Part shown: one piece after another, positions 35,471 to 45,227 of the stretch | How positions within the stretch are numbered: the first letter of the stretch is position 1 | Layout of the letters: every line of letters begins with the position of its first letter | Assembly: GCA_947628005.1 (NCBI GenBank) | Contig: CANQYI010000004.1 | Location: 8,188-72,187 of the forward strand | DNA length: 64,000 bases | Direction of reading: 5' to 3' | Source: an uncultured Clostridia bacterium | Lineage (GTDB): Bacteria; Bacillota; Clostridia; TANB77; CAG-465 | The notes under the pieces: generated by a model | Databases searched by the model: none | The model's input: only the letters and a program-made list of their open reading frames with translations | What the model was told of the DNA's origin: nothing | Position numbers and translations under genes: made by a program

Positions 35471-36385
35471 ATGTTCAAAACTGGATTTGTTACAGTAGTA
35501 GGAAAACCAAATGCTGGTAAATCTACACTTGTAAATAAATTTGTTGGTTTCAAAGTTGCAATTACTACTCCAAAGCCTCAAACGACAAGATTTAATATAA
35601 AGGGCATAATAACAGATGAAGATAGCCAAATTATTTTTATTGATACACCAGGAATACATACTCCACATGACAAACTAGGAAATTATATGATGGATGGCGT
35701 AAAGAGTGCATTAAAAAGTATAGATGTAGTTTTATATTTAGTAGATGCTTCTAAGCCTAAAATAGATGTTGCAAGCGAAAATATAATAAAACATATAAAA
35801 GAGTTAAATGTTCCAATTATATTAGTAATAAATAAAATTGATAAGGTAAAAAAAGAATATGTACTAAAAATAATTAAGGAGTATGATACATATATTAAGC
35901 AAATTGGAGGAACTTTTAGTGAGGTTATACCAATATCTATATATAAAGAAGATGGATTATCACTGCTTATAGAATGTATAAAAAAATATTTACCAGAGTC
36001 AGAAAAAATATATCAAGACGATGATATTACTGATATAACAGAAAGAGAAATTGTTGAAGAAATAATAAGAGAAAAAGCATTAAATAATCTAGATGAAGAA
36101 ATTCCGCATGGTATAAAGGTTGAAGTTGAAAAATTTAAAAAGAGAAAAAATAGAATGAAGGAACCTGTCTATGATATAGAGGTAAATATAATTTGTAGTA
36201 AGGATTCGCATAAAAAAATAATCATCGGAAAAGACGGCAGTATGCTTAAAAAAATTGGAACACAAGCAAGACATGATATAGAAAATATGTTAGAAGATAA
36301 AGTTAATTTAAAATTATGGGTGAAAGTTAGACGTAATTGGCAAGATGATGAAAATTACTTAAAAAATATAAAAGACAAAATATAA
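35471..36385 (+). CDS. era: GTPase Era
   Basis: GKPNAGKSTL (G1), DTPG (G3), NKID (G4), and a C-terminal KH domain with the IIGKDGSMLKKIG motif. Confidence 0.95.
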   Translation: MFKTGFVTVVGKPNAGKSTLVNKFVGFKVAITTPKPQTTRFNIKGIITDEDSQIIFIDTPGIHTPHDKLGNYMMDGVKSALKSIDVVLYLVDASKPKIDVASENIIKHIKELNVPIILVINKIDKVKKEYVLKIIKEYDTYIKQIGGTFSEVIPISIYKEDGLSLLIECIKKYLPESEKIYQDDDITDITEREIVEEIIREKALNNLDEEIPHGIKVEVEKFKKRKNRMKEPVYDIEVNIICSKDSHKKIIIGKDGSMLKKIGTQARHDIENMLEDKVNLKLWVKVRRNWQDDENYLKNIKDKI

Positions 36386-36461
36386 TAAAACTTCTTAAAT
36401 TTTGACATAAAAGTTAGTATAACAGCTTTTTGAGTACATAAAATATTAGTAGGTGATGGAT

Positions 36462-36656
36462 ATGTATGAAAAGATAGCATGGAATAATTTTTGTAAAACA
36501 GGAGATATAGAAAGTTTTATGGAATATAAAAAATTAATGGGACTTAATGCTAATGACGAGGTATTGGATGAAATAGAAAATATAGAAAATATAGGTGATA
36601 TATTAAGTGGATTTGATAAAAGTCAAGGGTATAGTAATAAGAGAGACAACTTATAA
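36462..36656 (+). CDS. yqzL: YqzL-like small protein
   Basis: Position between era and recO as in Bacillus. WNNFCKTGDIESFMEYKKL resembles the YqzL W..F..TG.I..Y..Y core. The 3' end overlaps recO by 50 nt. Confidence 0.5.
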   Translation: MYEKIAWNNFCKTGDIESFMEYKKLMGLNANDEVLDEIENIENIGDILSGFDKSQGYSNKRDNL

Positions 36657-37335
36657 AGATAATGATAAAATAATTACAATTTTAACAGATAAATTAGGCA
36701 AAATATCATGTATGGCAAGAGGAGCCAAAAAAAATAATAGCCCAATTCTTGCAAATTCACAGTATTTAGTATATAGTGAATTTGTTTTATATAAATCAAA
36801 AAATTTTTATATGGTTAATTCGGCTACTATTATTAATATGTTTTATAAGTTTAGAACAAATTTTGATAAGATGGAAAAAGCATTTGAACTGACTAGAATA
36901 ATTAATTTGATTACTGATGAAAATGAAGATACAAGCCTTGTATTAAAACTATTTCTAAATACTATATACATATTAGAAAATGATTTAAAAAATGACGATA
37001 TGGTGATTGCCACTTTTAAAATAAAGTTGTTTTGTGTATTAGGATTTTACCCCAATATATCTAAATGTTCTCAGTGTGGACAAGTTTTATTAAATGAAAG
37101 TACAGATAAGAAATATGTGTATTATGACTATGTAAGTAATATATTTTTATGTGATACTTGTATAGCAAATAAGGAATTAAAAAGACTAATAAAATTAAAT
37201 AAATCAACTCTTATAGCTATAAAATACATAGCAAGTTGTGATATAAAAAAAGTTTTTAATTATGAATTAAAAGATTATAGTGATTTATTAAATTTCTCAG
37301 TCGTATATACTGATGCAATGATAAATGGTATTTAA
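36607..37335 (+). CDS. recO: DNA repair protein RecO
   Basis: GTG start 8 nt after AGGTGA. OB-fold start VKGIVIRETTYKDNDKIITILT..GKISCMARGAKK. Zinc motif CSQCG...CDTC. Confidence 0.9.
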   Translation: MDLIKVKGIVIRETTYKDNDKIITILTDKLGKISCMARGAKKNNSPILANSQYLVYSEFVLYKSKNFYMVNSATIINMFYKFRTNFDKMEKAFELTRIINLITDENEDTSLVLKLFLNTIYILENDLKNDDMVIATFKIKLFCVLGFYPNISKCSQCGQVLLNESTDKKYVYYDYVSNIFLCDTCIANKELKRLIKLNKSTLIAIKYIASCDIKKVFNYELKDYSDLLNFSVVYTDAMINGI

Positions 37336-37350
37336 AATATGGGAGGATAT

Positions 37351-38241
37351 ATGAAAAATAAAAAGGTAGTATTAATAGTAACAGTAATAGTAGTAATAAT
37401 TTTATTGCTTGTTGTGTCAATTTTTATTGGAAAGCTAATATCTAAAAATGGTGAAGAAGATTTAGTGCAACCAGTAGAAAATAATATCTTAGATAATAAT
37501 AATGTGGTTACAGATATACAAAATGAGGGTAATGAAAGTAGTGAAGAAGAATATAAAGAAATAGTAACTAATAGTAAAATAGGAGTAAGTTTACAAGAAA
37601 TTATAAGAATATCTAATATATATTCTGAAGAATATTGTAAAGTATTAGACTTAGGACAAGGTCTTACAGATGATGCAAAGAGAATATTTACTTATTCAAG
37701 ATTTGTTACTGATGAGGAAAATAAAAAAGATATTCGTTATTCAGAAAACTACGTTGGAAGTTATATAACAAAAAAAGATTTTGATACTTTAGCCCAAAAA
37801 ATATATGGTAAAAATACAAACCTAGATGGTAAAGATATAATTTATGAAGATACTTACGATGAAGAAAATAATAATTACGTAATATCTCCTATAGGAATTT
37901 GTGGAAATAGCTTTTATTATACACTTGATGTTCCATATAAAATGCTAGAATATGATGAAAGAATAGAGGTTTATGTGTATAGATTGTATATAATTCAAAA
38001 TGTACAAACAATTCCAGATTCTTTATCATTAGTAGATCAAGTATATTCTGATCCAGATAGAAAAAATTTGGTATTAACAATAGAAGATAGCTCCGTTTTA
38101 TCAGATGAGTCAGTTCAAACTTATAATATTTTAGATAAAATTAATGAATCTAGTGTTGATACTAATGCATTGAAAAAAGGCGTCTATGTAATAAAAAAAG
38201 AAAATGATAATAGATATATAGATAGCTATAAAAATCTATAA
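37351..38241 (+). CDS. Hypothetical N-terminally anchored extracytoplasmic protein
   Basis: ATG at 37351 after GGGAGG. TM VVLIVTVIVVIILLLVVSIFIG. No recognisable family. Confidence 0.55.
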   Translation: MKNKKVVLIVTVIVVIILLLVVSIFIGKLISKNGEEDLVQPVENNILDNNNVVTDIQNEGNESSEEEYKEIVTNSKIGVSLQEIIRISNIYSEEYCKVLDLGQGLTDDAKRIFTYSRFVTDEENKKDIRYSENYVGSYITKKDFDTLAQKIYGKNTNLDGKDIIYEDTYDEENNNYVISPIGICGNSFYYTLDVPYKMLEYDERIEVYVYRLYIIQNVQTIPDSLSLVDQVYSDPDRKNLVLTIEDSSVLSDESVQTYNILDKINESSVDTNALKKGVYVIKKENDNRYIDSYKNL

Positions 38242-38255
38242 AATGAGGTATTTTT

Positions 38256-38552
38256 ATGATAGAATTTAATAATGAATTTATGAGTTTCCTTGGAAGAGGA
38301 ATGTATACAGAATGTTCAAAAATAGTAATAATAAAGATAAAAAACTTATTATTATCAAAAATAAATGAGGTAAACAAAACCTATTATTCTGATAATTTGG
38401 AAGATATAATGGCTGAGTATTTAAAAAACTTTGAAAAGTCAAAGGAATTAATGGAGAATTTTTGCGCACTTCAGCAGGAAAATGAAGATGATGATCAGGT
38501 AGAAAGATTGACTAAATTAATAGAAGTGTATGATAATATACAGGAAAGTTAA
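38256..38552 (+). CDS. Hypothetical small helical protein
   Basis: 98-aa ORF with AT-rich native codon usage, tightly packed between neighbouring genes. No motif recognised. Confidence 0.4.
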   Translation: MIEFNNEFMSFLGRGMYTECSKIVIIKIKNLLLSKINEVNKTYYSDNLEDIMAEYLKNFEKSKELMENFCALQQENEDDDQVERLTKLIEVYDNIQES

Positions 38553-38559
38553 AATTATT

Positions 38560-40923
38560 ATGGAAAAAGAAGTTAAAAGTGAATATAAAAAAGATTTTAT
38601 TAAAACTATAATTGATATACTACTTTGTATATCTCTTATAGTTTTATCTATAAAAAAAGGTGGATTTTATAAAGAAGATTTACTTATTGTGTCTTTAATT
38701 ATAACTTTATTAGGATTTGTATTCTTAATATATAATCTTATTAAATATAAAGGTAAGTCTTTAAAAAAAGTAAATCTTATAAGTATTTTTTTATTAACGC
38801 TTTCATTTGCGTATACTTTGCCAATTTTTACGAATAATTATGCAAATTTAAATGATTCAATTTTTGAATTGTTACGATATTGCTTGCTCTTTGTTGTTTA
38901 TTTTATAGTTAGAAATTGTGATGATATAAAGTTGTATAAATACGCAATAATATGTATAGCTACACTTCAGTCAATTTTTGGAATTGATGGAATGTGTTCA
39001 AGATTTTTTGAAAATGTATTAAAATTATTTGGCTCAAGCTATTTAGATAAGGACTATGACAGACTATCTGGAAGTATTCAATATGCAAATGTAACAGCAA
39101 TTATAATTTATGTAGCTATATTTTTTATTTTAGAAATATTTGATAAAAAATTATCTTATGATAATAAAAATAAAGTTTTAAAGTTAAATTTTATAAATTT
39201 ACTTTTGTATATCAATATATTTGCCTTAATATTAACAAAATCAAGAGTAGTGCTTATAATATTTGTAATATCAATTTTGATAAAGTTATTGCTAAATAAA
39301 AATGTTTCTAAAACGGGTAATATTATCTTAGTGTGCGATATATTATTTTCCGTTGTATTTACTGCAATGTTTACAACGTATATTTTATCTAATAAAATAA
39401 TGGGCTACATTATTTTTGCTATAGGATGTATATTTAGTATAGCTTTAATATCAATAATTTTTTACTTTAAGAAGAAATTTTCATTTAAGTTTGATTTCAA
39501 AAAAGTTAATAAAAAAGTTATATTATCAGCAATACTTTGCTTGTTTATCATTTATATTGCAATTTCTTTACAAATAACTTCTTCGCTAGTGTTGTCGTAC
39601 AATTCTAACAGTTCAAACATCGTTTCAAGAAATATTTATGATATTGCTAAAGGAGTAAACAAAATAAATATAACAACTAATAATTTAGATGAAAGTGCAA
39701 ATTATGATATAAAGGTATATGCTATAAACACTGATAGGTCATCTGAATTAATTTATACTGCAAATACACTTTCTAGTAGTAGTGGTAATTATATATTCGA
39801 ATATTATAATGTAGATGATAATTTTAAAAATTTAAGATTTGATTTTATTGTGCAAAGTGGTAAATTTGAAGTAAAAAGTATAGTAATAAATAATAACACA
39901 AGAAAAATAAATTATTTATTAATTCCATCAGATATGATATTTAGAATACAAGATATTATGCATGGCTCAACAAGTATATATGATAGATTAGAGTATAATA
40001 AAGATTCATTTAAAATTTTAAGTAAAACATATAAGAATTTTATTTTCGGAGTTGGAGGAGAAGGATTTAAAAATTTATATGAGACAGTACAAACCTTAAA
40101 TTATTATTCTACAGAAGCACATAATTCATATTTACAAATATTTGTAGAATCTGGAATTTTAGGATTTTTATCTATACTTGCAATTATATTTATAACGATT
40201 AAAAATTATAAGGTATATAGTTTATATGAATTTTTAGCAATTTTAGGATTTTTAATACATTCTTTGCTCGATTTAAATTTTTCATATTTTCTTGTAATAG
40301 TTATATTTGGAATATTAATAGCAATTGAAGATGCAAAAAAATGTGATGATGAAATTAAATTTAGACTATTAAATGATATATATATAGTAATTACAACTTT
40401 TATAATTTCTACAAGTTTTTTAATATTGTTAATGGCACAAATTTCATATTACAAATTTTGCTTATTTGAAAATTCAAAGTACAGCAATGAAGACTACGAT
40501 TTAGACAATTTAGAAAAGATAGATGAGATAGTAAAATTTGATTTTAGTAATATATCTTACAGAAAAAAACTTAATCTAGAATATATGAACTATCTAGATT
40601 ATTTGAATACAAAATTAAATGACTCATCGCTTACAAAAGAGCAAAAAAATAGCATACAAGATGTTATAAAAGATACATTAATACAAATAAAGGAAAATAC
40701 AGATTTGATATATAAATATGATAAATATAATAAAAATACATTAAAATATGTAAATGATATTTATAGTAAATATATAGATTATTTTGTGCAAATTTTGGGT
40801 CAAGATAGTGACACATATACGCAGTTTATGAAAAATAATTTGCAGTGGATAAAAGATAATATAAAGCTTGAGTCTAAGTATGAAAATATAATAGATAATA
40901 CGGATTTAGAAATCTTGGATTAA
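38560..40923 (+). CDS. O-antigen ligase-like (Wzy_C) polytopic membrane protein with a soluble C-terminal extension
   Basis: At least 10 TM helices. A large extracytoplasmic loop is followed by EAHNSYLQIFVESGILGF, which matches the O-antigen ligase/Wzy signature (H-N-x-Y-L...E-x-G). Confidence 0.7.
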   Translation: MEKEVKSEYKKDFIKTIIDILLCISLIVLSIKKGGFYKEDLLIVSLIITLLGFVFLIYNLIKYKGKSLKKVNLISIFLLTLSFAYTLPIFTNNYANLNDSIFELLRYCLLFVVYFIVRNCDDIKLYKYAIICIATLQSIFGIDGMCSRFFENVLKLFGSSYLDKDYDRLSGSIQYANVTAIIIYVAIFFILEIFDKKLSYDNKNKVLKLNFINLLLYINIFALILTKSRVVLIIFVISILIKLLLNKNVSKTGNIILVCDILFSVVFTAMFTTYILSNKIMGYIIFAIGCIFSIALISIIFYFKKKFSFKFDFKKVNKKVILSAILCLFIIYIAISLQITSSLVLSYNSNSSNIVSRNIYDIAKGVNKINITTNNLDESANYDIKVYAINTDRSSELIYTANTLSSSSGNYIFEYYNVDDNFKNLRFDFIVQSGKFEVKSIVINNNTRKINYLLIPSDMIFRIQDIMHGSTSIYDRLEYNKDSFKILSKTYKNFIFGVGGEGFKNLYETVQTLNYYSTEAHNSYLQIFVESGILGFLSILAIIFITIKNYKVYSLYEFLAILGFLIHSLLDLNFSYFLVIVIFGILIAIEDAKKCDDEIKFRLLNDIYIVITTFIISTSFLILLMAQISYYKFCLFENSKYSNEDYDLDNLEKIDEIVKFDFSNISYRKKLNLEYMNYLDYLNTKLNDSSLTKEQKNSIQDVIKDTLIQIKENTDLIYKYDKYNKNTLKYVNDIYSKYIDYFVQILGQDSDTYTQFMKNNLQWIKDNIKLESKYENIIDNTDLEILD

Positions 40924-40938
40924 AATTATATAAAAATG

Positions 40939-40967
40939 TTGTAATTTAGCTTTTACTATGATATAAT
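40939..40967 (+). promoter_or_regulatory. secG promoter TTGTAA-17-(TG)ATATAAT
   Basis: TTGTAA at 40939-40944 and TATAAT at 40962-40967 preceded by TGA. Confidence 0.5.
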
Positions 40968-41004
40968 ATTTTAAAACATTTTGATTTAATTTAGGAGGAA
41001 AAAT

Positions 41005-41244
41005 ATGGGTTGGATAGATATAACACTTTCAATAGTTACAATTGCTGTAGGCATAATTTTAACTATTGTAGTTATGCTTCAAAGTAGTAAAACTTCTCAA
41101 TCATCAGTAACAGGGTCAAATACATTTTATGGTTCAAATAAATCAAAAACATTGGATGGAGTACTTTCTAAATATACAGTAGTACTTGCATTAATATTTA
41201 TTGTGCTTTGTATTGCTACTACTATTTCAATAATGAATGGTTAA
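41005..41244 (+). CDS. secG: Preprotein translocase subunit SecG
   Basis: 79 aa with two TM helices flanking a Ser/Gly-rich loop (MLQSSKTSQSS..GSN). Located immediately upstream of rnr, as is usual in Firmicutes. Confidence 0.85.
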   Translation: MGWIDITLSIVTIAVGIILTIVVMLQSSKTSQSSVTGSNTFYGSNKSKTLDGVLSKYTVVLALIFIVLCIATTISIMNG

Positions 41245-41258
41245 GAAGGAAATGCTAA

Positions 41259-43403
41259 ATGAGTAATAATGAAAAATATAAACAAAGAAAGGAAGTGCTT
41301 ACTTCCTTTTTTTCAAATAAAGACTATAAAAATGATATGACCCCAAAGCAAGTAGCAACACTTCTAGGAGTCCCAAAAGCACAGAAAGATATATTTAATA
41401 AAATTATAGAACAACTAGAAAATGAAAATGTTATTTTACTTGATAGGCTTGATAATAAAGTAAAATATATAGGAAATTTATCAGAGGAATATTTAGTTGG
41501 AACATATGAAGCAAGGACTAAAAAAACTGGAAGTGTTTATACTTTAAAAGATGAGTTTGCTATACCAGATGGAAAAACAAATGGGGCTATGGACAAAGAT
41601 AAAGTTCTAATTAAAGTAAGTAGTAAAACTAGTAAAAAAAGAGAAGCTGAAATTATAAAGATTTTAAAGAGGGGAAAAACTAGAGTAGTTGGAAGATTTA
41701 TAAAAAATAATAATTTTGGATTTGTTGAACCAATAGATTTAAAATCTGATGACATATTTATTCCTAAAAAATATAGTAAAAATTATAAAAATCTAGATAT
41801 GGTAGAAGTTGAAATCACAAAATTTAAAACTAGCAATATGTCTCATGAAGGAAAAATTTTAAGACGTATAGATGGCAAAAAAGGTGATGATAAAGTATAT
41901 GCAAATGCTTTATATAAATCTTATATGCTAGATGAGCTAGAGCAGTTTAATGAAGATGTAGAAAGAGAACTTTTAAATATTCCAGATAGAGTATATCAAA
42001 GGGAGTTAGATTCAAGAGAAGATAAAACCGATTTAAAAATTGTTACTATTGACTCTCAAGATACAAAAGATATAGATGATGCATGCTTTGTAAAAAAATT
42101 AGATAAGTCACATTACCTTTTATCTGTATATATTGCAGATGTTAGCTATTATGTAAAGAGTATGAGTGCAATAGATAAAGAGGCAATAAAAAGAGGGACA
42201 AGCATATATATTATGGATTCTGTTATTCCAATGCTACCAAAGAAGCTATCAAATGGAATATGTAGCTTAAACGAGGGCGTAAAAAGGCTTGCAATTGGAG
42301 TAGATATCATAATAGATGAAAATGGAGATGTAGTAAATAGTAATATATATAAAGCAGTGATTAAAGTATCTAAAAAAATGACATATGAAAAAGTCTATAA
42401 AGTTTTAACAAGATCAGATGAAGATGTATTAAAAGAGTATGAAGATTATATTGATGATTTAGATACAATGTATCAGTTATCAAAAATCTTGTATAAAAAA
42501 AGAAAAAATATGGGCAGTATTGATTTTGATATTAAAGAGACAAAGGTATTTTTAGATAAAAATGGAAATGTAGAAAATATTGCACCACACAATATAACTG
42601 ATGCCAATAAAATAATAGAAGAATTTATGTTGATAACCAACATGGTTATAGCTGAACAATTTTATTTTATGGAATTGCCTTTTATTTATAGAATACATGA
42701 AAAACCTGACGATGAAAAATTAAGAGCACTCAATGAAGTCTTAGGTAATTACTCAAAATCTATAAAATCTTTAAATAATGTGCATCCTAAAACTTTATCT
42801 ATGATTTTGGATTCAATAGAAGATGCTGAGGAAAAACAAGTTGTTTCATCTGCAATGCTAAGGACTTTGAGACTTGCAAAATATAGCAGTGAGTGTTTAG
42901 GACATTTTGGACTAGCAGCAAGATATTATACTCATTTTACGTCTCCTATCAGAAGATATCCAGATTTATTTATTCATAGAGTTATATCAGATTATTTGGA
43001 GAAAAATGGTGCTCTTACAACATCTAAATTAAATAAATATGCAAAGCAGGCGTATGAATATTCATTTAGCTCTTCAGAAGCAGAGAGAAGAGCAAACAAA
43101 ATTGAAAGAGATTTTGTAAATTTATATGAAGCAATATATATGAAAAAATTTATAGGGCAAGAATTTGATGCAGTTGTTTCAGGTATTACTTCATTTGGAA
43201 TGTTTGTAAAACTTGAAAATACTGTAGAAGGATTTGTAGCATTTGATTGTATGCCAAATAATGATTATTATATTTATGATGAAAATAAAAATATATTAAT
43301 AGGAAAAAATACATCTGTTACTTTCAAAATATCAACAAAAGTTAGAGTAAAATTGATAAGAGTAGATGTGATGTCAAGACAAATAGATTTTAAAATAATA
43401 TAG
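41259..43403 (+). CDS. rnr: Ribonuclease R
   Basis: Cold-shock/OB N-terminal region, RNB motifs DSQDTKDIDDA and HFTSPIRRYPD, and a C-terminal S1 domain. Confidence 0.95.
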   Translation: MSNNEKYKQRKEVLTSFFSNKDYKNDMTPKQVATLLGVPKAQKDIFNKIIEQLENENVILLDRLDNKVKYIGNLSEEYLVGTYEARTKKTGSVYTLKDEFAIPDGKTNGAMDKDKVLIKVSSKTSKKREAEIIKILKRGKTRVVGRFIKNNNFGFVEPIDLKSDDIFIPKKYSKNYKNLDMVEVEITKFKTSNMSHEGKILRRIDGKKGDDKVYANALYKSYMLDELEQFNEDVERELLNIPDRVYQRELDSREDKTDLKIVTIDSQDTKDIDDACFVKKLDKSHYLLSVYIADVSYYVKSMSAIDKEAIKRGTSIYIMDSVIPMLPKKLSNGICSLNEGVKRLAIGVDIIIDENGDVVNSNIYKAVIKVSKKMTYEKVYKVLTRSDEDVLKEYEDYIDDLDTMYQLSKILYKKRKNMGSIDFDIKETKVFLDKNGNVENIAPHNITDANKIIEEFMLITNMVIAEQFYFMELPFIYRIHEKPDDEKLRALNEVLGNYSKSIKSLNNVHPKTLSMILDSIEDAEEKQVVSSAMLRTLRLAKYSSECLGHFGLAARYYTHFTSPIRRYPDLFIHRVISDYLEKNGALTTSKLNKYAKQAYEYSFSSSEAERRANKIERDFVNLYEAIYMKKFIGQEFDAVVSGITSFGMFVKLENTVEGFVAFDCMPNNDYYIYDENKNILIGKNTSVTFKISTKVRVKLIRVDVMSRQIDFKII

Positions 43404-43414
43404 GGGGTAAATAT

Positions 43415-44125
43415 ATGACAAAAAAAGATGATAGTTTAAAAACTGAGAAAAAAGATTCATTTTTAAAAGAAATTTTATCATTTTATAACGAAAATTTAAG
43501 AAAGAAACATATAATACTATATATCATTTGTTTATTAGTATTTTTTGTTATAATGACAATATATTTAAATAATAGTAATATTGAACAAGAGATAAAAAAT
43601 AATATGGCAGTTGTTAACACTGAAAGTCAAAGTAGCATAAAAAATATATTAGATGCTATTTTAGTAGAAAAATTGCCACTTACAGCTCTAATTACTTTCG
43701 CAGGTATTACCCCTTTTGTATTTATTCCAGTGCTTGGAGTGCTTAATTCTTATATTTTTGCAGTAAGAATAGTAAGGGCTTTTTATATTAGCAATGTAAA
43801 TCCAACAATTCTTGCTATTGGCTGTGTTATACAATTATTTGGGTATGCACTTGCAATTGCTACAGGAATATATTATTGTAGTCTTTCTAGCAAAAAATTT
43901 AGATATAGACAGGGTAATAGTTACTCATTTAGTGATATAAAGAAGAAGTTTTATACTATTACGCAGAATAAGAAAAAGTTAAATGAAATAAATAAAAAAA
44001 TGAAACAGAAAATTAAAAATAATGAAAAATTAAACGTAAAAGTTCCATATAAAATGTTGGTTATTGTTACAGTAATTTCATTTTTAATAGTTACAATTGG
44101 AACATTGATCTCACAAGGAGTATAG
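43415..44125 (+). CDS. Polytopic membrane protein (possibly DUF95/SpoIIM-like)
   Basis: 4-5 hydrophobic helices and a Lys-rich loop. The resemblance to SpoIIM topology is weak. Confidence 0.4.
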   Translation: MTKKDDSLKTEKKDSFLKEILSFYNENLRKKHIILYIICLLVFFVIMTIYLNNSNIEQEIKNNMAVVNTESQSSIKNILDAILVEKLPLTALITFAGITPFVFIPVLGVLNSYIFAVRIVRAFYISNVNPTILAIGCVIQLFGYALAIATGIYYCSLSSKKFRYRQGNSYSFSDIKKKFYTITQNKKKLNEINKKMKQKIKNNEKLNVKVPYKMLVIVTVISFLIVTIGTLISQGV

Positions 44126-44128
44126 TAA

Positions 44129-44773
44129 ATGAGAATACGATATGATAAAAAAGCTTTAGAACAAATACAATCTTTTGATAGATATTTAGATAGTAAAGAA
44201 AAATTAGAAGAAGTACTTAATAAAAATAAATGCAATTTATATATTGAAATAGGAATGGGTAAGGGAGAATTTATAACCAAAATGGCAATGCAAAATCCCG
44301 ATGTATTATTTATCGGTATAGAAGTATGCATACCCGTACTGGCACTTGCAATAAGGAAACTAAATAGATTTGAAGAAAGCCAAAATATAAAACTTCAAAA
44401 TCTATATTTAATGTCATTTGATGCAATAAATATTGATGAAATATTTGGAAATAATAAGGTAGATAGAATATATTTAAATTTTAGTGATCCGTGGCCTAAA
44501 AAACGTCATACTAAAAGAAGATTAACTTATAAAACTTTTTTGGCTAAATATGATAAAATAATGAAAGATACTACAGTAGTCGAATTTAAGACAGATAATA
44601 GAAAATTATTTGAATATAGTTTAGTTAGTATACAAAACTATGGATTTGAGTTCTTAGAAGTAAATTTAGATTTGCATAAAGATGATGTAGAAAATATTCA
44701 AACTGAATATGAAGAAAAATTTTCTAAACTCGGACCAATATATAAATTAGTATTTAAAAGAAAAACAGAATAA
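44129..44773 (+). CDS. trmB: tRNA (guanine46-N7)-methyltransferase
   Basis: IEIGMGKGEF SAM motif and NFSDPWPKKRHTKRRL. Confidence 0.93.
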   Translation: MRIRYDKKALEQIQSFDRYLDSKEKLEEVLNKNKCNLYIEIGMGKGEFITKMAMQNPDVLFIGIEVCIPVLALAIRKLNRFEESQNIKLQNLYLMSFDAINIDEIFGNNKVDRIYLNFSDPWPKKRHTKRRLTYKTFLAKYDKIMKDTTVVEFKTDNRKLFEYSLVSIQNYGFEFLEVNLDLHKDDVENIQTEYEEKFSKLGPIYKLVFKRKTE

Positions 44774-44803
44774 GAATTTTTTTACCAAAATATGCACAAA
44801 ATA

Positions 44804-44832
44804 TTGACAAATAATAAAATATATATTAAAAT
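44804..44832 (+). promoter_or_regulatory. tRNA operon promoter TTGACA-17-TAAAAT
   Basis: TTGACA at 44804-44809, 17-nt spacer, TAAAAT at 44827-44832, about 19 nt upstream of tRNA-His. Confidence 0.55.
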
Positions 44833-44850
44833 GTATAGGCAAGCGAAAGT

Positions 44851-44928
44851 GGTGGATATAGCGCAGTTGGTTAGAGCGCCAGTTTGTGGCACTGGAGGTC
44901 ATGGGTTCAACTCCCATTATCCACCCCA
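44851..44928 (+). tRNA. tRNA-His (GTG) with encoded G-1 and CCA
   Basis: Acceptor gtggata/tatccac with G-1 (44851) opposite C73. Anticodon stem ccagt/actgg with loop ttGTGgc. T-arm atggg-ttcaact-cccat. CCA at 44926-44928. Confidence 0.9.
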
Positions 44929-44950
44929 CTATATATTTTAATACACATAT

Positions 44951-45026
44951 TGGGGTATAGCCAAGTGGTAAGGCACCAGACTTTGACTCTGGCATTTCGT
45001 TGGTTCGAATCCAGCTACCCCAGCCA
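44951..45026 (+). tRNA. tRNA-Gln (TTG) with encoded CCA
   Basis: Acceptor tggggta/tacccca. Anticodon stem ccaga/tctgg with loop ctTTGac. T-loop ttcgaat. CCA at 45024-45026. Confidence 0.9.
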
Positions 45027-45033
45027 TGAAATC

Positions 45034-45064
45034 AATCAATCAGTTGAACTGGTTGATTTTTTTG
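45034..45064 (+). terminator. Rho-independent terminator of the tRNA pair
   Basis: aatcaatcag / ctggttgatt stem (one G:U) plus T7. Confidence 0.6.
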
Positions 45065-45130
45065 TTATTGAAATCAAATATAAAAGAATTAAAAAAATTT
45101 AAATTTATACAATATATTGTTAATAACACT

Positions 45131-45164
45131 AAAGTGCAAAATTAAAGTGCAAAAATTGCACTTT
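45131..45164. promoter_or_regulatory. Operator-like repeats AAAGTGCAA (direct) plus a perfect 9-3-9 palindrome
   Basis: AAAGTGCAA at 45131-45139 and 45144-45152, and the inverted TTGCACTTT at 45156-45164. The 21-nt AAAGTGCAAaaaTTGCACTTT abuts the -35 of the downstream promoter. Confidence 0.5.
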
Positions 45165-45169
45165 AGATA

Positions 45170-45198
45170 TTGTGAAATTATTAAATTAATGTTATAAT
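45170..45198 (+). promoter_or_regulatory. Putative promoter TTGTGA-17-(TG)TTATAAT for the Fic-wHTH gene
   Basis: TTGTGA at 45170-45175 and TGTTATAAT at 45190-45198. Confidence 0.45.
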
Positions 45199-45227
45199 AT
45201 AAGTGTAGTTAAAGGAGATACTTATAT

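Noticed and set aside
36607-36656. The 50-nt overlap of the yqzL-like ORF and recO as a frameshift
   Set aside because: recO has its own AGGTGA RBS and a GTG start, with a canonical RecO N-terminus. The small ORF simply runs on into recO in another frame.
43415-44125. smpB at its usual position after rnr
   Set aside because: The protein is polytopic and hydrophobic, with no SmpB-like basic OB-fold sequence.
43951-44331. 126-aa minus-strand ORF spanning the 43415 gene / trmB junction
   Set aside because: It overlaps two plus-strand genes with good RBSs, and it has no signals of its own.
44747-45102. ORFs 44747-44995(-) and 44884-45102(+)
   Set aside because: They run straight through tRNA-His and tRNA-Gln. 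The cloverleaf structures explain the region.
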